Of a stretch of DNA of 64,000 nt, positions 49,908-62,540 are shown in pieces. Made by a program: the position numbers and the translations under genes. The stretch covers positions 34,658,001 to 34,722,000 of the forward strand of contig CM069142.1 of assembly GCA_035221665.1 (NCBI GenBank). Reading direction: 5' to 3'. The DNA is from Okamejei kenojei. Its lineage: Eukaryota. Every line of letters starts with the position of its first letter. Positions within the stretch are counted from its first letter, which is position 1. The notes under the pieces are model-generated. The model worked only from the letters and a program-made list of their open reading frames with translations, ran no database searches and was not told where the DNA came from.

Positions 49908-50330
49908 AATTTAAAATGCAATTGGATAAAACAGAATTGAATATTACTGTCTCAGAGAAGGACCTGTTCCAGCTCAACTGTAATGTGACCCAACAAACTC
50001 AAGATAACTCTCGATTTGCTGTAAACTGGTTTGCTTGGAAGGTCAAAGAGGACATTGATGGGATCGTCAAGGAGACGATTCTGAAAGTTGATCACAATTC
50101 GGTATTTGGTTTTGATGCCTTGACGGACAGGGCTAAAAGCATGAAGGACAGATTGCAGTTCGAGAGGCCATCCAACGGATTGTACACTCTGACGATACAT
50201 AATTCAGGCAGAGGTGACACAGGGAATTACTACTGCAACGTGGAGGAGTGGATTCAAAATGCCAACAACATCTGGTACAAACTCGGAGAGGATGAGTCTG
50301 GGCTGCTTACTGTCACTGTTCAAAGCAAAG
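49908..50330 (+). CDS. IGSF3: IGSF3 exon, Ig domain 8 (423 nt, phase 1-1)
   Basis: caaacag|AA acceptor, AAAG|gtaatt donor. EFKMQLD..TVSEKDLFQLNC..SRFAVNWF..DTGNYYCNVEEWIQ..VTVQSK. Confidence 0.93.
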
Positions 50331-50599
50331 GTAATTTATCATAGAAATATAGAATGATCACAGGTGGCTATTTGGCCCATTGTGTCCAGTGCAGCTCATA
50401 CAGAATATGATTCCAGCCACGCACTGTGTTAAGAGATTTTCTCAACACTGTTCTTAATTAATGGAATATGAAAAATAGAACATGGAACATAGAACGGTAC
50501 CGTCCACAATGTCCATGCCAAACATGATGTCAAAATTAACTAATCTCCTCTACCCACATGATCCATATCCCAGAAAATCAACTTACTTATCTTGGGGCA

Positions 50600-51050
50600 A
50601 CACATTGGTACAGTGTTAGAGTTGCTGCCTTACAGCATCAGAGACCCGGGTTCGATCCTGATTGCAGGTGCTGTCTGTACGGAGTTTGTTCGTTCTCCCT
50701 GTGACTGCGTGGGTTTTTTTCCCGATGCCCTGGTTTCTTCCCACTCTCAAAGACGTACAGGTTTGTAAGTTAATTGGCTTCGGTAAAATTGTAAACTTTC
50801 TGACCTTTAGTTCTGTGACATTTGCATATGCTCCCTGTGACCATGTGGGTTTCCTCCGGGTGTTCCGCTTTCCTCCCACATTCCTAAGGCATGCGGGTTT
50901 GTAGATTAATTGTCTTCTGTAAATTGCCCCACATGTGTAGATGGGATAATGTGAAAATGGGATAACATAGAACTGGTGTAGGGGGTGATTGGTGGTCGGC
51001 ACAGACTCGGTGAGCCAAAGACCCTGTTTCCACGCTGCATCTCAAAAACT
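50600..51050 (+). mobile_element. Two tandem/partial V-SINEs
   Basis: V-domain present twice. Confidence 0.8.
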
Positions 51051-51592
51051 AAATTATGACCCTTAAAGATTTATGGGGAACATGAAAAGATTTAGACATT
51101 TAAAAGGTCATTGAACACCTGCTTCTTCCATGTGTGAGTGACTGACTTGCTGATTTTGAAATGCTCTCTGGAAATAACCCATCAGCGTTTCCTTAGAGCC
51201 GCAGTGAAGTGTCAGCTGCATTATGCGACCAGGGTCCTTGGAGTGGGGTTTGAAAATCACAATCATCTGGCCGAGAGATAAGGGAGCTATTATAGAGCTA
51301 CAACACGATAGAATGGAATCCAATGAAATCCTGGCTGCAAAATAAATAATATATTTTATATTACTTCTGAATTTGTCTCGTTATATCTGAACTTGTCCCG
51401 TTGGTGCATAAAAAATGACTTAATCTGAGAGTCAAAAGTTTATTTTAGCATTCTGTACCACCAAGGCATAATGAATTCTAACCAAATATCTGTTTTTTAT
51501 GTTTAAAAATAAATGTGATTTACATTAAATTTATCTTGGATCAATATTGGTATGCGAGTTCAGACACATCTTGTAACTTTGGCACACTTTTA

Positions 51593-52605
51593 TAGAACAT
51601 AGAACAGTGCAGAAACAGGCGCCTCAGCCCACAATGTCCATGCCAAACAGGGTGTGAAGTTGAACTAAACTCCTCTGCTTGCATCAGGTCCAACCCCTTA
51701 ATTCTCTGCACATCCATGTTCCTATCTAAAAGTACCTTAAACATCACTATCTTATCTGCCTCCACCACCACCCCTGGTAGTGTTCCTGATACCCACCACT
51801 CTGAAAAAAAAATGCTTGCCCCATACATCTCCTTTAAACTTTGCTCCTCTCACCTTAAAGCTATGCCCTCTAGTCTTTGACAACCATCCAACTTCTCCAT
51901 ATAACTCCATATAACTAAGGTACTCACCCAAGAAGCATTCTGGTAAATCTCTTCTGCTCCCTCTCCAAAGACCCCACATGCTTTCTATAATGGGCGAACA
52001 CAACTACACACAATACTCCAAACGCAGCCTAACCTTTATAATCACAGGTCAGACCGCATTTGGAGTATTGTGAGCAGTTTTGTGCCCCATATCTGAGGAA
52101 GGATGTGCTGGCATTGGAAAGGGTCCAGAGGTTAAGAGAATGATCCCAGGAATGATTTGTTTAACATATGATAAGCATTTATGGCACTGGGCCTGTACTC
52201 GCTGGAACTTAAAGGATGAGGGGAAAATCGTATTGAAATTTACCGAATAGTGAAAGGCCTGGATAGAGTGAATGTGCAGAGGATGTTTCCACTAGTGGGA
52301 GAGTCTAGGACCAGAGGTCGTACACACAGAATAAAAACATGCACCTTTGGAATGGAGATGGAATAGAATGTCTTTAGTCAGAGAGTGGTGAATCTGTGGA
52401 ATCCATCGCCACAGAAGGCTGTGGAGACCAAGTCAATTAATATTTTTAAGGCGGAGATTGATATATTTTTGTTTATAAGCGTGTTAGGGGTTATGTGGAG
52501 AAGGTAGGAGAAAAGAGTTGCGAGGGAAAGATAGATCAGCCATGATTGAATGGTGGAATAGACTTGATGTGCCGAATGACCTAATTCTGATCCTATAACC
52601 TGAAC
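51593..52605. mobile_element. Two CR1 3' fragments joined back-to-back (minus 51593-52035, plus 52045-52605)
   Basis: Both read into the VR.(H/R)LEYC RT motif at the junction and each ends in its own 3' tail. Confidence 0.8.
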
Positions 52606-53134
52606 GAACCAAAGTCCTATAAAGCTATATACACCAACATTATACTTCTGTGACATTCCTCAGGGCAACTTTCAGCGTTTGAGGTGCTAGATAAATGCAA
52701 GTTACAGCAGGTGACAGATGTGCAGCTATTGCAGTTGGCAGTTCTACAGCAATTCTAATGCTTTTTTGTGGGGGGGGGAAGTGCCCCAGGGCAGTTCATA
52801 GAGGTGTGCAATTTAAAACCAGTACTTCAGTTTCACATTTCTTTTGGTCATCAAAAAATGAAACCATTCTTTGTCGAGTACAAAACCCAGTAGCGTGGGA
52901 TTCAATAACAGCTACTTTTGATACTCTTTTGCCTGTTTGTTCTGCAACACCATGGCATCAATCACCGTACATTCTCTCAACCACCCAAGACAAAGTGACT
53001 TGAAAGTGTACCCGATATTGAGCCATACACTGCATGAAAATTGTGTATTCATCAGCTCTTACATTTTATTCATCATAAGATCATAAGACACAGGAACAGA
53101 ATTAGGCCATTTGGCCCATTGAGTCTGCTCTGCT

Positions 53135-53272
53135 TCTTCTCCTTGCGTATGGCGTGCACAGCCTAAAGTTGCAAGTCAACTTGTTCTATTTGATCTATTT
53201 GTTTGTGCACGTCGGGTTGATTGCATTAGTCGAAACAGGGTGGACCACGTGAAGGTTGCAATCTTCCACCCC
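53135..53272 (-). mobile_element. Short (GAA)n-tailed retroposon, most complete copy (138 bp)
   Basis: TSD TCTGCTCTGCT at 53124-53134 and 53273-53283; removing it restores a CR1 3' end. Confidence 0.85.
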
Positions 53273-54381
53273 TCTGCTCTGCTATTCAATCATGACTGAT
53301 CTATTTTTCGCTCTCAACCACATTCTCCTGCCTTCTCCCCGTAACCTTTGACACCCTTACTAATCAAGAATCTGCCAATCTCCGCTTTTAAAATATCCAA
53401 TAACTTTGACTTGCTTCCGCCGCCATCTGTGGCAATGAATTCCACAGATTCACAACCCTCTGGCTAAAGAAATTCCTCTTCATCTCCATTCTAAAGGTAC
53501 ATCATTTTATTCTAAGGCTACGCCCTCTGGTTCTAGACTCTTATTTGCATCATATTATCCTGGTTTAGATTTATTATTGTCACGCGTACAGTGAAAAACT
53601 GTTTTGCATGCTACCCAATCAAACCAGATAATAGCATGCATAAATGCACTCAAACCGCACTCAAGTACAATAGGTAGAGTGAAATGAAAGAGAGTGTAGA
53701 ATATAAATACTAAGTTTATTTTGGGAACATGAGCCTTGTTACCATTTTGGATTTTGTTTCAATAAAGGCATTTTTGTGCGGCTGCTGGGAGAGAAAGCCT
53801 AAAAGACTGCGTCTGAAACGAAAGCAGAAAATGCTAGAAATAAATAAGATGTCTCGTTAAACAGTGTAAGAAAATTGACAATGCCATTTCTGTGGGGATA
53901 ATCCTTCTTCACAATTAGAAAGGGTGTACTCATAATTGTAACCCAGTTTCTTGTGAGTTGTTAGGGCAGCTAAACCAGAATAACGTGGTTTATGTCAAAG
54001 GGTAGAACATTATGGTAACTCTACCCTTTTTAAATGCCAGCTGCCGATGACATGTATCTTCTGTTCCTGGAGGAAACTCAAATTAAAGATAATAATTATT
54101 CAGGAGCTCTTCACCAATTTCAGAATAACATTTGCCTTCTTGATTATTTTCCCCCCCAATTGGATCACAAAGTAATAACAACAGATTCATTTCCAGAATC
54201 TTTCATATGCCTTGGATGAAAGACATGCCGAGGCGGCAGTGTGCTGTTCTCAGTGTGTCTTTTAGTTAGAACAAAGGAGTTGTCTTAGGCACAGTGTGTG
54301 CCTCACAATTTAGTGACGGGAAATAAATATCAACTAGCATAACGACAATGACAGGAAATAAATTGGAAATTGATTTTTGTG

Positions 54382-54672
54382 TGGCTGGTAGAGTCTCTAG
54401 CGCTGCCTCACAGCGCTGGAGACCTCAGTTCAATCCTCTCCTTTGGTGCTGTCTGTGTAAAGTTTGCACGTTCTCCATGTGCCAGTTCCCTCCCACATCC
54501 CAAAGACATGCAGATTTGTAGGTTAATCGGCCTCTAGATTGCCCCTAATATGTAGGGTGTGGATGAGAGAGTGGGATAACATTAAGGTTGTGTGAACGGG
54601 TGATCAATGGTCGACGTGGATTTGGTAAACTGAAGGGTGTGTTTCCATGCTGTATTTCTAAACTAATCTAAA
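54382..54672 (+). mobile_element. V-SINE (HE1-like) ending ~40 bp before the terminal exon acceptor
   Basis: Consensus match. Confidence 0.8.
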
Positions 54673-54711
54673 ATCAAGTTTCTGATCTTTTTTGGTATTT
54701 GTTTTCTGCAG

Positions 54712-54962
54712 GTTCTTCCCTTCATCAAGCAATTTGTTCAAACGATGCTCTGTTTTACTTCATATTCTTTTATCCCTTTCCAATTTTTGGAGTCCTACTT
54801 ATTGCCATTTTACTTACACGCTACAAGACTCTAAACTCGCAGAAAAAGTCTGATGCAAAGAATGGTGTTCCGCTACTCTGGATTAAAGAGCCTGCGGTGA
54901 CTTATTCCCCAACAAGTCTTGAGCCACCGGATTTCAGAATAGGACCAGGAAGCATCGCGTAA
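54712..54962 (+). CDS. IGSF3: IGSF3 terminal coding exon: transmembrane helix and cytoplasmic tail, stop TAA
   Basis: ttttctgcag|GT acceptor. GSSLHQAICSNDALFYFIFFYPFPIFGVLLIAILL..KNGVPLLWIKEP..YSPTSLEPP is the diagnostic IGSF3 C-terminus, unlike CD101, PTGFRN or IGSF8. Confidence 0.96.
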
Positions 54963-55097
54963 CAAAGGAAAAAGAGAAAATAATTTTGGACAAATAAATT
55001 GATGTTCAACTGAGGTAATATTGAACTAGAGGTGAATATTCGCCCCAAAAAAGATGATCAAAATTTGAAAGCAACATCCTCCATCCCTTGTATCATG

Positions 55098-55103
55098 AAT
55101 AAA
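55098..55103 (+). terminator. Candidate proximal polyadenylation signal AATAAA
   Basis: Hexamer about 136 nt after the stop in repeat-free UTR-like sequence; motif only. Confidence 0.25.
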
Positions 55104-56389
55104 GATCCTGAGGGTCAATTGATTGAGAAATGGGGGAAGAAATGGTACTTTTATCGTTAAAATGTTTGGCTCAATTGGCCTCCTTCCCAATACACCTAGA
55201 AGACTTACTTTGTGTAGCTGGTATATTTTGTTTCACACTAATGTGTTTATCTTTAAATGGAAGTTCATTCTTGATTGTATAGCACTGACTGCAGCACACA
55301 TCAGCAACATTGTGCTGCGTTTGCCTCTGAAATTCCAGACTGAACGCAATGTACCATTGCTGCTGTTTGGCTTGGTTAGTGCCTCGGACTGTCGATGAAT
55401 TTCTAGTCCTAATTTGCCAACTATTTTCACTGCATGAGCACTCTGCGTATTACATTAGTCTGCTATGTGTAATAGGTCTGATGTCATTTAAAACCAGATA
55501 ATCTTCTAAATGTTAAGAATACACAACTGTACGATGGTAGAAAAGGATTGAACTATGAAGGAGGATATTTTTTCTTTTAATTGCCCAATCAGTTTGGTCA
55601 ATGAACCGAAGAGTCAATGTAATATCCAAAGCAAGTCGCAACTGGATGGACTGTTATCCAGTCAGATCCCTGGTAACCAGCACAACTTGAATACTGAACA
55701 ATGGAAGGCATGGAAAAAGAGTGGGATATTCATGGAAACCAAGTAAAAGCCATGGGACTGAAGGCTCATCGATATTGTGTCAGGCGAAACTCCACATTTG
55801 ATCAATGGGGTGTGCAATGGAGAAGCCAAGGATGACATTTTGTGTAGGCAGTGATGTTCCTTAATGTTGTAATTGCATTCTGACCTAAACTGAGACAACT
55901 TACCCAAATGCTGAATGTGGGACAACAAAATTCTATTCCTTCCAGTGAGTACAGATGAAGATTAAGCAGATTATTAGCAAGTACAGCCAATCTTTCTTGT
56001 TTATGAATTTTTTATACGGATGTCTGATCAAGCTGCAACTTTATAGAATGGAGTTTTCATGCAGTTTTTTTAATACTTTTTTTTGCACTTTTTGAAATAA
56101 CTTTTTATTCCGTGTTTGAAAATATTTCATTATATTTGCCTATTTTGTTTCAATAGTGTTCTTTGAAAGAGTGCTGTTTGATCAAGAGAAAGGATCTGAA
56201 CAAATCTAATGCCCTACAAAGTTCAAGTTGTTATCAGGATGCTAGACTTTGCTGTAAAATCTGCCAAACTAAATCACGTAATCCTTGCCTCAGCTTACTT
56301 ACTGTGAAGAATCTTCAAAGAAACTCTCATGTACTCCAACAAAGCAACTCCCATTTTAAATTACTAAGTCAAACTTAAAAACACAAATG

Positions 56390-56660
56390 GGGTGGCACAG
56401 CTGCTGCCTCAGGCATTGAAGACCCGGGCTCGATCCTGACTATGGGTGCTGTCTGTGTGGAGTTTGCACATTCTCCTTGTGACTGCATGGGTTTCCTCCC
56501 ATATCCCAAAGACGTGCGAGTTTGTAAGTTAATTGGCCTCTGTTAAATTACCACTAGTGTGAAGGGAGTGGATGAGAAAGTGGGATAACATGGTGTGAAT
56601 GAGTGATCGATGGTCGGCGTGGACTCTGTAAGCCAATGGTCCTGTTTCCAAGCTGATGCT
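56390..56660 (+). mobile_element. V-SINE (HE1-like), first repeat downstream of the stop codon
   Basis: Consensus match. Confidence 0.8.
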
Positions 56661-59600
56661 TTTATTGCAGTAACCAGATGGTTTTAATTAATAGTTGATT
56701 ATTTGATACAGCCTTTGATGATTTCATAGTTGATCACATCAAGCAAGCTGATCAGATCTGCAGCAGCTATTTTTATAGTTAGTTAGTCCATGTGAAGAAT
56801 ACTCCTATTGTATCGCATATAATCTCTATATAATGAATCTTAGACCAACATACTTGACATAAGTCCATGGTAAATCACTGCAAACTTAAACAGTTTTAGC
56901 TTCTGCACTATTGATCTCATTCAGTGGTCCAATGGTGCTTTATTGTCACACGTACCTAAATATTGTGAAATTCTTTGTTGTGCAGACAGTTCAGTAGAAT
57001 CATACTATACACAAGCACAATCATACAAGTACAAGAATGGCACCATTTTAGTGCAAGGATAGTAGATTACGCTGAGGCAGTACGCAAAGTGTCGCCACGT
57101 TTTGGCACCCTGATTTCAAGTTCTTAAAATAGAGTTTTATCTTGGCCTTAAAGGCCCATAACCCTGGCAACAACAGATCCTGTCATTAACAGAACTAATG
57201 AACAAAAGAGCTGGTGGTTCTGGTAAGATCCTTACGATTTCTGTTTTTTTTTCTTAGATGTTCCTTCTAGACAAAACTAATAAGAGGTTCAGACGGCATT
57301 TTGTTCCTTGAAGTGTTGAATGTTTTCAAGTTTTGGTGTCTGTACTTTACGAGCAGAAATGATTCATGGCTAACAACAGGGTAACCAGCTGGTCTGAAGT
57401 TTCTTTGAAGCATGCGTTTAGACTATGTTTATTGATCATGAGTTGTTTCAAGAGATGGTATGTCATCTAAGTCTGAATTTAGATATCGGATTCATTGTCA
57501 GGCTAACTATGTAGCCCAAAGATCTTCAAGTGAATACGGTATGTGCTCAATGTAACATGATATCTTTATTACCAAAACAGCAAAGACATTTAACCACTGA
57601 CCTTTAGTAGGCAGTCTCTCAGAACAGAATGTGACGTGCTTCCACCATGGTCTTGAGATGGACATGTGTAATGTGAGCTGGTCTTTGTGAGCCACATGAT
57701 CTTGATAGAGTAGTGTTCTGGTCCAATGGTAAGGAGATCCAAGGCAACAGGAGACCTAGCTTTGCTAAAAAATACACAACGTGATGGAGTAACTCAGCGG
57801 GTCAGGCAACCTCTGTGGAAGACACAGATAGGTGGCACTTCAGGTTGGGACCCGTCATCAGATTGATTGCAGTGTAGGAGTGCGGGAAGGACAAAGCCTG
57901 GCAAGTGATAGGTGGATACAGGTGAGGTGGGTGGTGAGGGGTTGGTTGACAGATTAGTGGACAAAGGCCAGAGATGAAAAGAAGACAAAAGGATCTGAGA
58001 TAAAAGGGGAGAAGAGGAGTGAAATGTGAAGCTAGAGGGATGGATATGGGTGGAAGAGGAAGAAGGTTGGGGGGGGGGGGGGGGAGATAGTGGGAGAAAT
58101 GGATGAACGTCTGGGTTGGGTACAGGGAAGAGAGCAAGAAAAAAGCGAGGGGTAGGGATTGGGTCTGGGTACCAAGCTTTGGTGCACCAACTTAACATGC
58201 ACGCACATAATCTTGCCCCCATCCTTTTCCTTGGCCCATCTTGCAGGTACCACCTGCTCTCGCCGTCCACCCCTTCACTCTTTCCTCCAGCAGTTTCCCT
58301 TGCATGGTCTTCCAATCGTTCTCTCCCTCCCCCTAACTGGCTTCTACGGTCTCTCCTGTGTGCAAGTTATCTGTTGATTCCCTCTCCCTTCACTCACCTC
58401 TTTCATTTTTAATCCCTTTCCTCTTCCATACCTTCTCAAGTCCTCCACTATCATCTCGCAGCTCCTTGCTGTCTCCAACAGTGAGGCTTTTAAACCAGCA
58501 CTGCTACTTGCTCTCTTGGTGGACTGAGATACCACGAGAAGCTAATAGTTTAGATTAGTTTAGAGATACAACGTGGAAACAGGTCCTTCGTCCCATCGAG
58601 TCCGTGCCAACCAGCGATAACCTGCTCACACTAGCTCTTTCCTATACACTAGGATTATTTACAGAAGCCAATTAACCTGCAATCCTGCATGTCTTTGGAA
58701 TGTGGGATGAAAGTGGAGCACCGGAGAAAACCTACATGATAACAGAGAAAGTTCAAACTTCATACACACACTACCTGTAGGTCTCTGGCGCTTTAAAGCA
58801 GCAACTCGACCACTGCGCCACTGTGCTGCTCTGCATTCAGATCGTACCATACAAGAATACAATCAAGCCATGCACAGTATAACAGGTAGAGCTAACAGAG
58901 AATACCAGAGTGCAGAATATAGTTTTACAGCATTGTAGCATTACAGTTCCAGACAAAAAGTCCAATATTTGCAATGAGGTTGGTTGGAGGATTGGGACTG
59001 TCCCCTAGCCTATGGGAGAATCTTTCAGAAGTCTGATAACAGAAAGGAAAATGTCTGGTGGTACGTGCTTTTATATCTTTTGTCTGACGGGAGCGGGAAG
59101 AAGAAGGAATGACCGGGTTGGGGAAAGATCCTTGAATATGTTGGCTGCCTTCCTGAGGCAAATGGAGTTGATGGTGGGGAGTGTTTGGCCCAACTCGTTC
59201 ATGCGACCAAGGTACTAAATCTAAACTAGTTCAGCTTCATCACTGTAACTAGGTCAAGACAACAAATTCTAACTTTCTTGGAATTGACCTGCTGAGTTGT
59301 CTTACAGAATGAAATGATCCTGATATTTATGAACTGCAACATTTGGCACCATGGTAGCAATGCAGGAATAAGGGGGCAATTACAGGTATATACCAATTAA
59401 GTCTAGGCAGATTAAGCTGAGAAAGACATAACCCATTCAGCGCTAGACTTTAGAGCTTGAAAGACCATAGCAACTTCAAAAAGCAAATATAATTGGATCT
59501 CCTCTGGAGCTTGAGTGAATGCACAAATGCTTTGCAGACGATTGAATAATTGAAAAGGAATATGAAACACTCGGCATTTAAAAGTTTGTCTTTGGCACTT

Positions 59601-61067
59601 CATTGCACGCTGTAGAAAAATTCCTATGTTCAGCATTATTTTGGCAATACATGTCATGCAAGCATACTCCTTCATTAATATTTAAATGGATGTATAATGA
59701 CATGAATGATGTACAGTATTCTCATCATACCCTCCAGGGTTATGAAGGAACAATTGCAAATGCTGCAATTTTCCGTGGGTAATAATTATGAACATATTTT
59801 TTATGCTTTCACTATCTACTTGAGATAAAAGCAGTTTTCTATAAATTGGAAATACAGACCAACATCCTCCATTCAAATCGGGTTCTGCATATAAAATCCA
59901 ATTGAAATTCTTCGTTGTCATCAATGTATCTGGATGGAAATAAACTCTAACAAAAAAAGAGGAAGAGACAGTCCTGACCCCCCCCCATCTACCTCATTGG
60001 AGATCTTCAAACTACCTTTAGTCAGACTTTATCTTGCACCCTTTATCCTGTGTCTGCACAGCGGTCTGCTTGATTGTAATCATGTATAGTCTTCTCGCTG
60101 ACTGGATAGTTCGTAACAAAAAAGCTTTTTACTGTATCTCGGTACAGGTGACAATAATAATAATAATATATTGTAAACTAATAAAAAAGAAAATTTAATT
60201 TCTCAAAATAAAAATTAACATCTCAAGTTTTTCTTCACAATCTGTGAAGAAATATAATTCATAATTTATTTCTACTTTGAATTAAAGCATTTAATCAAAG
60301 TGAGTATTTTTTAATCTTCAATTTTTAAAGTCTGAAGCAGAATTGCAAATCGAGTATAATTGAATCGAAAATGATGACCAGACTATGATGACCACTTGAT
60401 ATTCTAAAGTTTTAACTCTTCTTATTTTCTTCAATATGTTAATTTCTCAATTCTCCTAATCTCAGTGGAATCCCATTGGAATATGAACAACTTTTCAATG
60501 CTTAAATCCATTCAAATGCCCAATTTTAAGTCTGACAGTGATTTTCAATATGGTATTCGATTATGTCTGGCATAAAAGCATTGCCTGATTATCTTTTTCA
60601 TTGAAATGTTCACGTCGTGCTTTAATCTGTTCCTGCCTGGTTTTACCAATTTGACTCTTTGGAACAAACTATGGATTTAATTGCTGCCAGTCAGGAAGGA
60701 ATAATTGAAGGCATGCCAGTATTCCAACCAGGGAGTCTCTTTGCCTGCTTCATTGCTTCTCCCGGCCCAGGTTTGCTTATTACTTTAGACAAGCTGTCAT
60801 TCACAGAATCGTACACTTTAACCATCAATCATTTGTTAGCTCTTTTTTTCCTTAAAAAAATGCAGCTCGCTACTTTGTCCCAAAATATACCTCCCCATTA
60901 TTTTGCAAGATACAATTCACTGTTAAAAGTTACCATTTAAAATAAAATCTCATCTCTCAATTTTGCTTAAATCTATGCATTTTGGTTATCCACTTGGTGG
61001 GAAATGTTTCTCATTTTTGATTCAATCATAGACTCATCCAGCAAGGAATTATGCACTTTGGCACAAT

Positions 61068-61390
61068 GGGTAGCGCAGTGGAGCAGTGGTAGACTTGCCA
61101 CCTTACAGCGCCAGAGACCTGGGTTCGATCTTGACCTCGGGTACTGTCTAAATGGAGTTTGTACGTTCTCCCTGTGATCACATGGGTTTTGTCCGGGTGC
61201 TCCAGTTTCATCCCACATCCCAAAGACATGAGGGTTTATTGTTTAATTGGCCTCTGTAAATTGCCCGTACTGTGTAGGGAGTGGATGAGAAAGTGGGATA
61301 ATTAGAACTAGTGTGAACGGGTGATCAATAGACAACGTGGGCTCATGGGGCCGAAGGGCCTGTTTTCATGTTGTATCTTTCAATCAATCA
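61068..61390 (+). mobile_element. V-SINE (HE1-like), full length, (CAAT)n tail
   Basis: Consensus match. Confidence 0.85.
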
Positions 61391-62234
61391 AACTGAGGTC
61401 TCAGTCTTCCAGTTCTTTCATCAGCTGAAACGCAAGCTCTGGGATTAGCTTGCCTGTTTGTCTGGGGAAAGTAGAGAGAAGGACGATCAGCTATGATCTT
61501 GGAACAGAGCAGATTTGAATAGGCAAATTATCTCCTCCTGATCGTATGATGTTCTGAGGGACAGGACAAATCCCCCTCCAATCCTGCGTATATTTGAATT
61601 TCAAAGAGGCAAGAGGTTGTATGTTCATACCCTTGCTAAATAATAATTAAATGCATCTTTAAGTCAAAATCAAATTTGACACAGTGCTTCATGAATACAT
61701 AATTTTGCATTACTTACCCATCATAGTTAATTCATTAAATACTTAAATAAAACAGCATCTTTCCATCAGCATACTGGAGTGCATTTAAAATTGAATGATC
61801 ATAGGGTATTTGGTTGGGATGAATGTTTCTGCTGAAAGGTAAATATGAGTGAAATTAAGCTACGTTAAACTTTCCATCTAATTTACAGTTATCAAATTTA
61901 TTTCCCAGAACTACACTAACTCCATCGTTAATGGCATTCATCCTAATCTTGCACAGTCACAATCTGAAATGTCCATGCCATTTGTTGCTGCACCTTGGAT
62001 TGTGGGGTTAAACAGGCTATACATGAACAATAAAAGACACAAAGTGCTGGAGTAACTCGGCATCACTTGAGAATATGGATAGGTGACATTTTGGGTTGAG
62101 CTCTTCTGGCTGGAGATGGGTTACGTGAATGGTACCTGATCTGCTGAGTTGTTCCAGCACTTTGCGTCTTTTTTGTGATCCAGCAGCTGCAATCTCTTGT
62201 GTCTCTTTTACAAGAACAATCATTTGTCACTAAA

Positions 62235-62540
62235 GGCGGCAGGCATAGTGACGCGGCGACAGAGGTGCTGCCTCACAGCGCCACAGATCCAGATTCGATC
62301 CTGACCACGGATGTTGTCTGTGTGGAGTTTGCAAATTTTCCCTGACCACGTGGGTTTTTCCAGGAGCTCCCAGATCCCAAAGATGTGCGGGTTTGTAGGT
62401 TAAATGGCCTCTGTAAATTGTCCCCAGAGTATAGGGAGTGGATGCGAAAGTGGGATAACATGGAACTAGTGTGCCGCTGATCAATGGTCGGCATGGACTC
62501 AGTGGGCCGAAGGGTGTCTTTCCACACAGTATCTCTAAAC
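62235..62540 (+). mobile_element. V-SINE (HE1-like), full length
   Basis: Consensus match. Further partial copies at ~5240, 11555, 15828, 20258, 24555-24980, 28395, 30448, 33370, 39805, 40215, 41745, 43265 and 58548. Confidence 0.85.

Noticed and set aside
8479-50330. Rearranging Ig/TCR/IgNAR V segments
   Set aside because: Each V-set exon ends in a GT splice donor rather than an RSS and splices in frame to the next; the C-terminus identifies IGSF3.
54712-54962. Assignment to CD101, PTGFRN or IGSF8
   Set aside because: CSNDALFYF.FFYPFPIFG and KNGVPLLWIKEP are IGSF3-type, and at least 7 Ig exons follow a missing Ig1, giving 8 domains.
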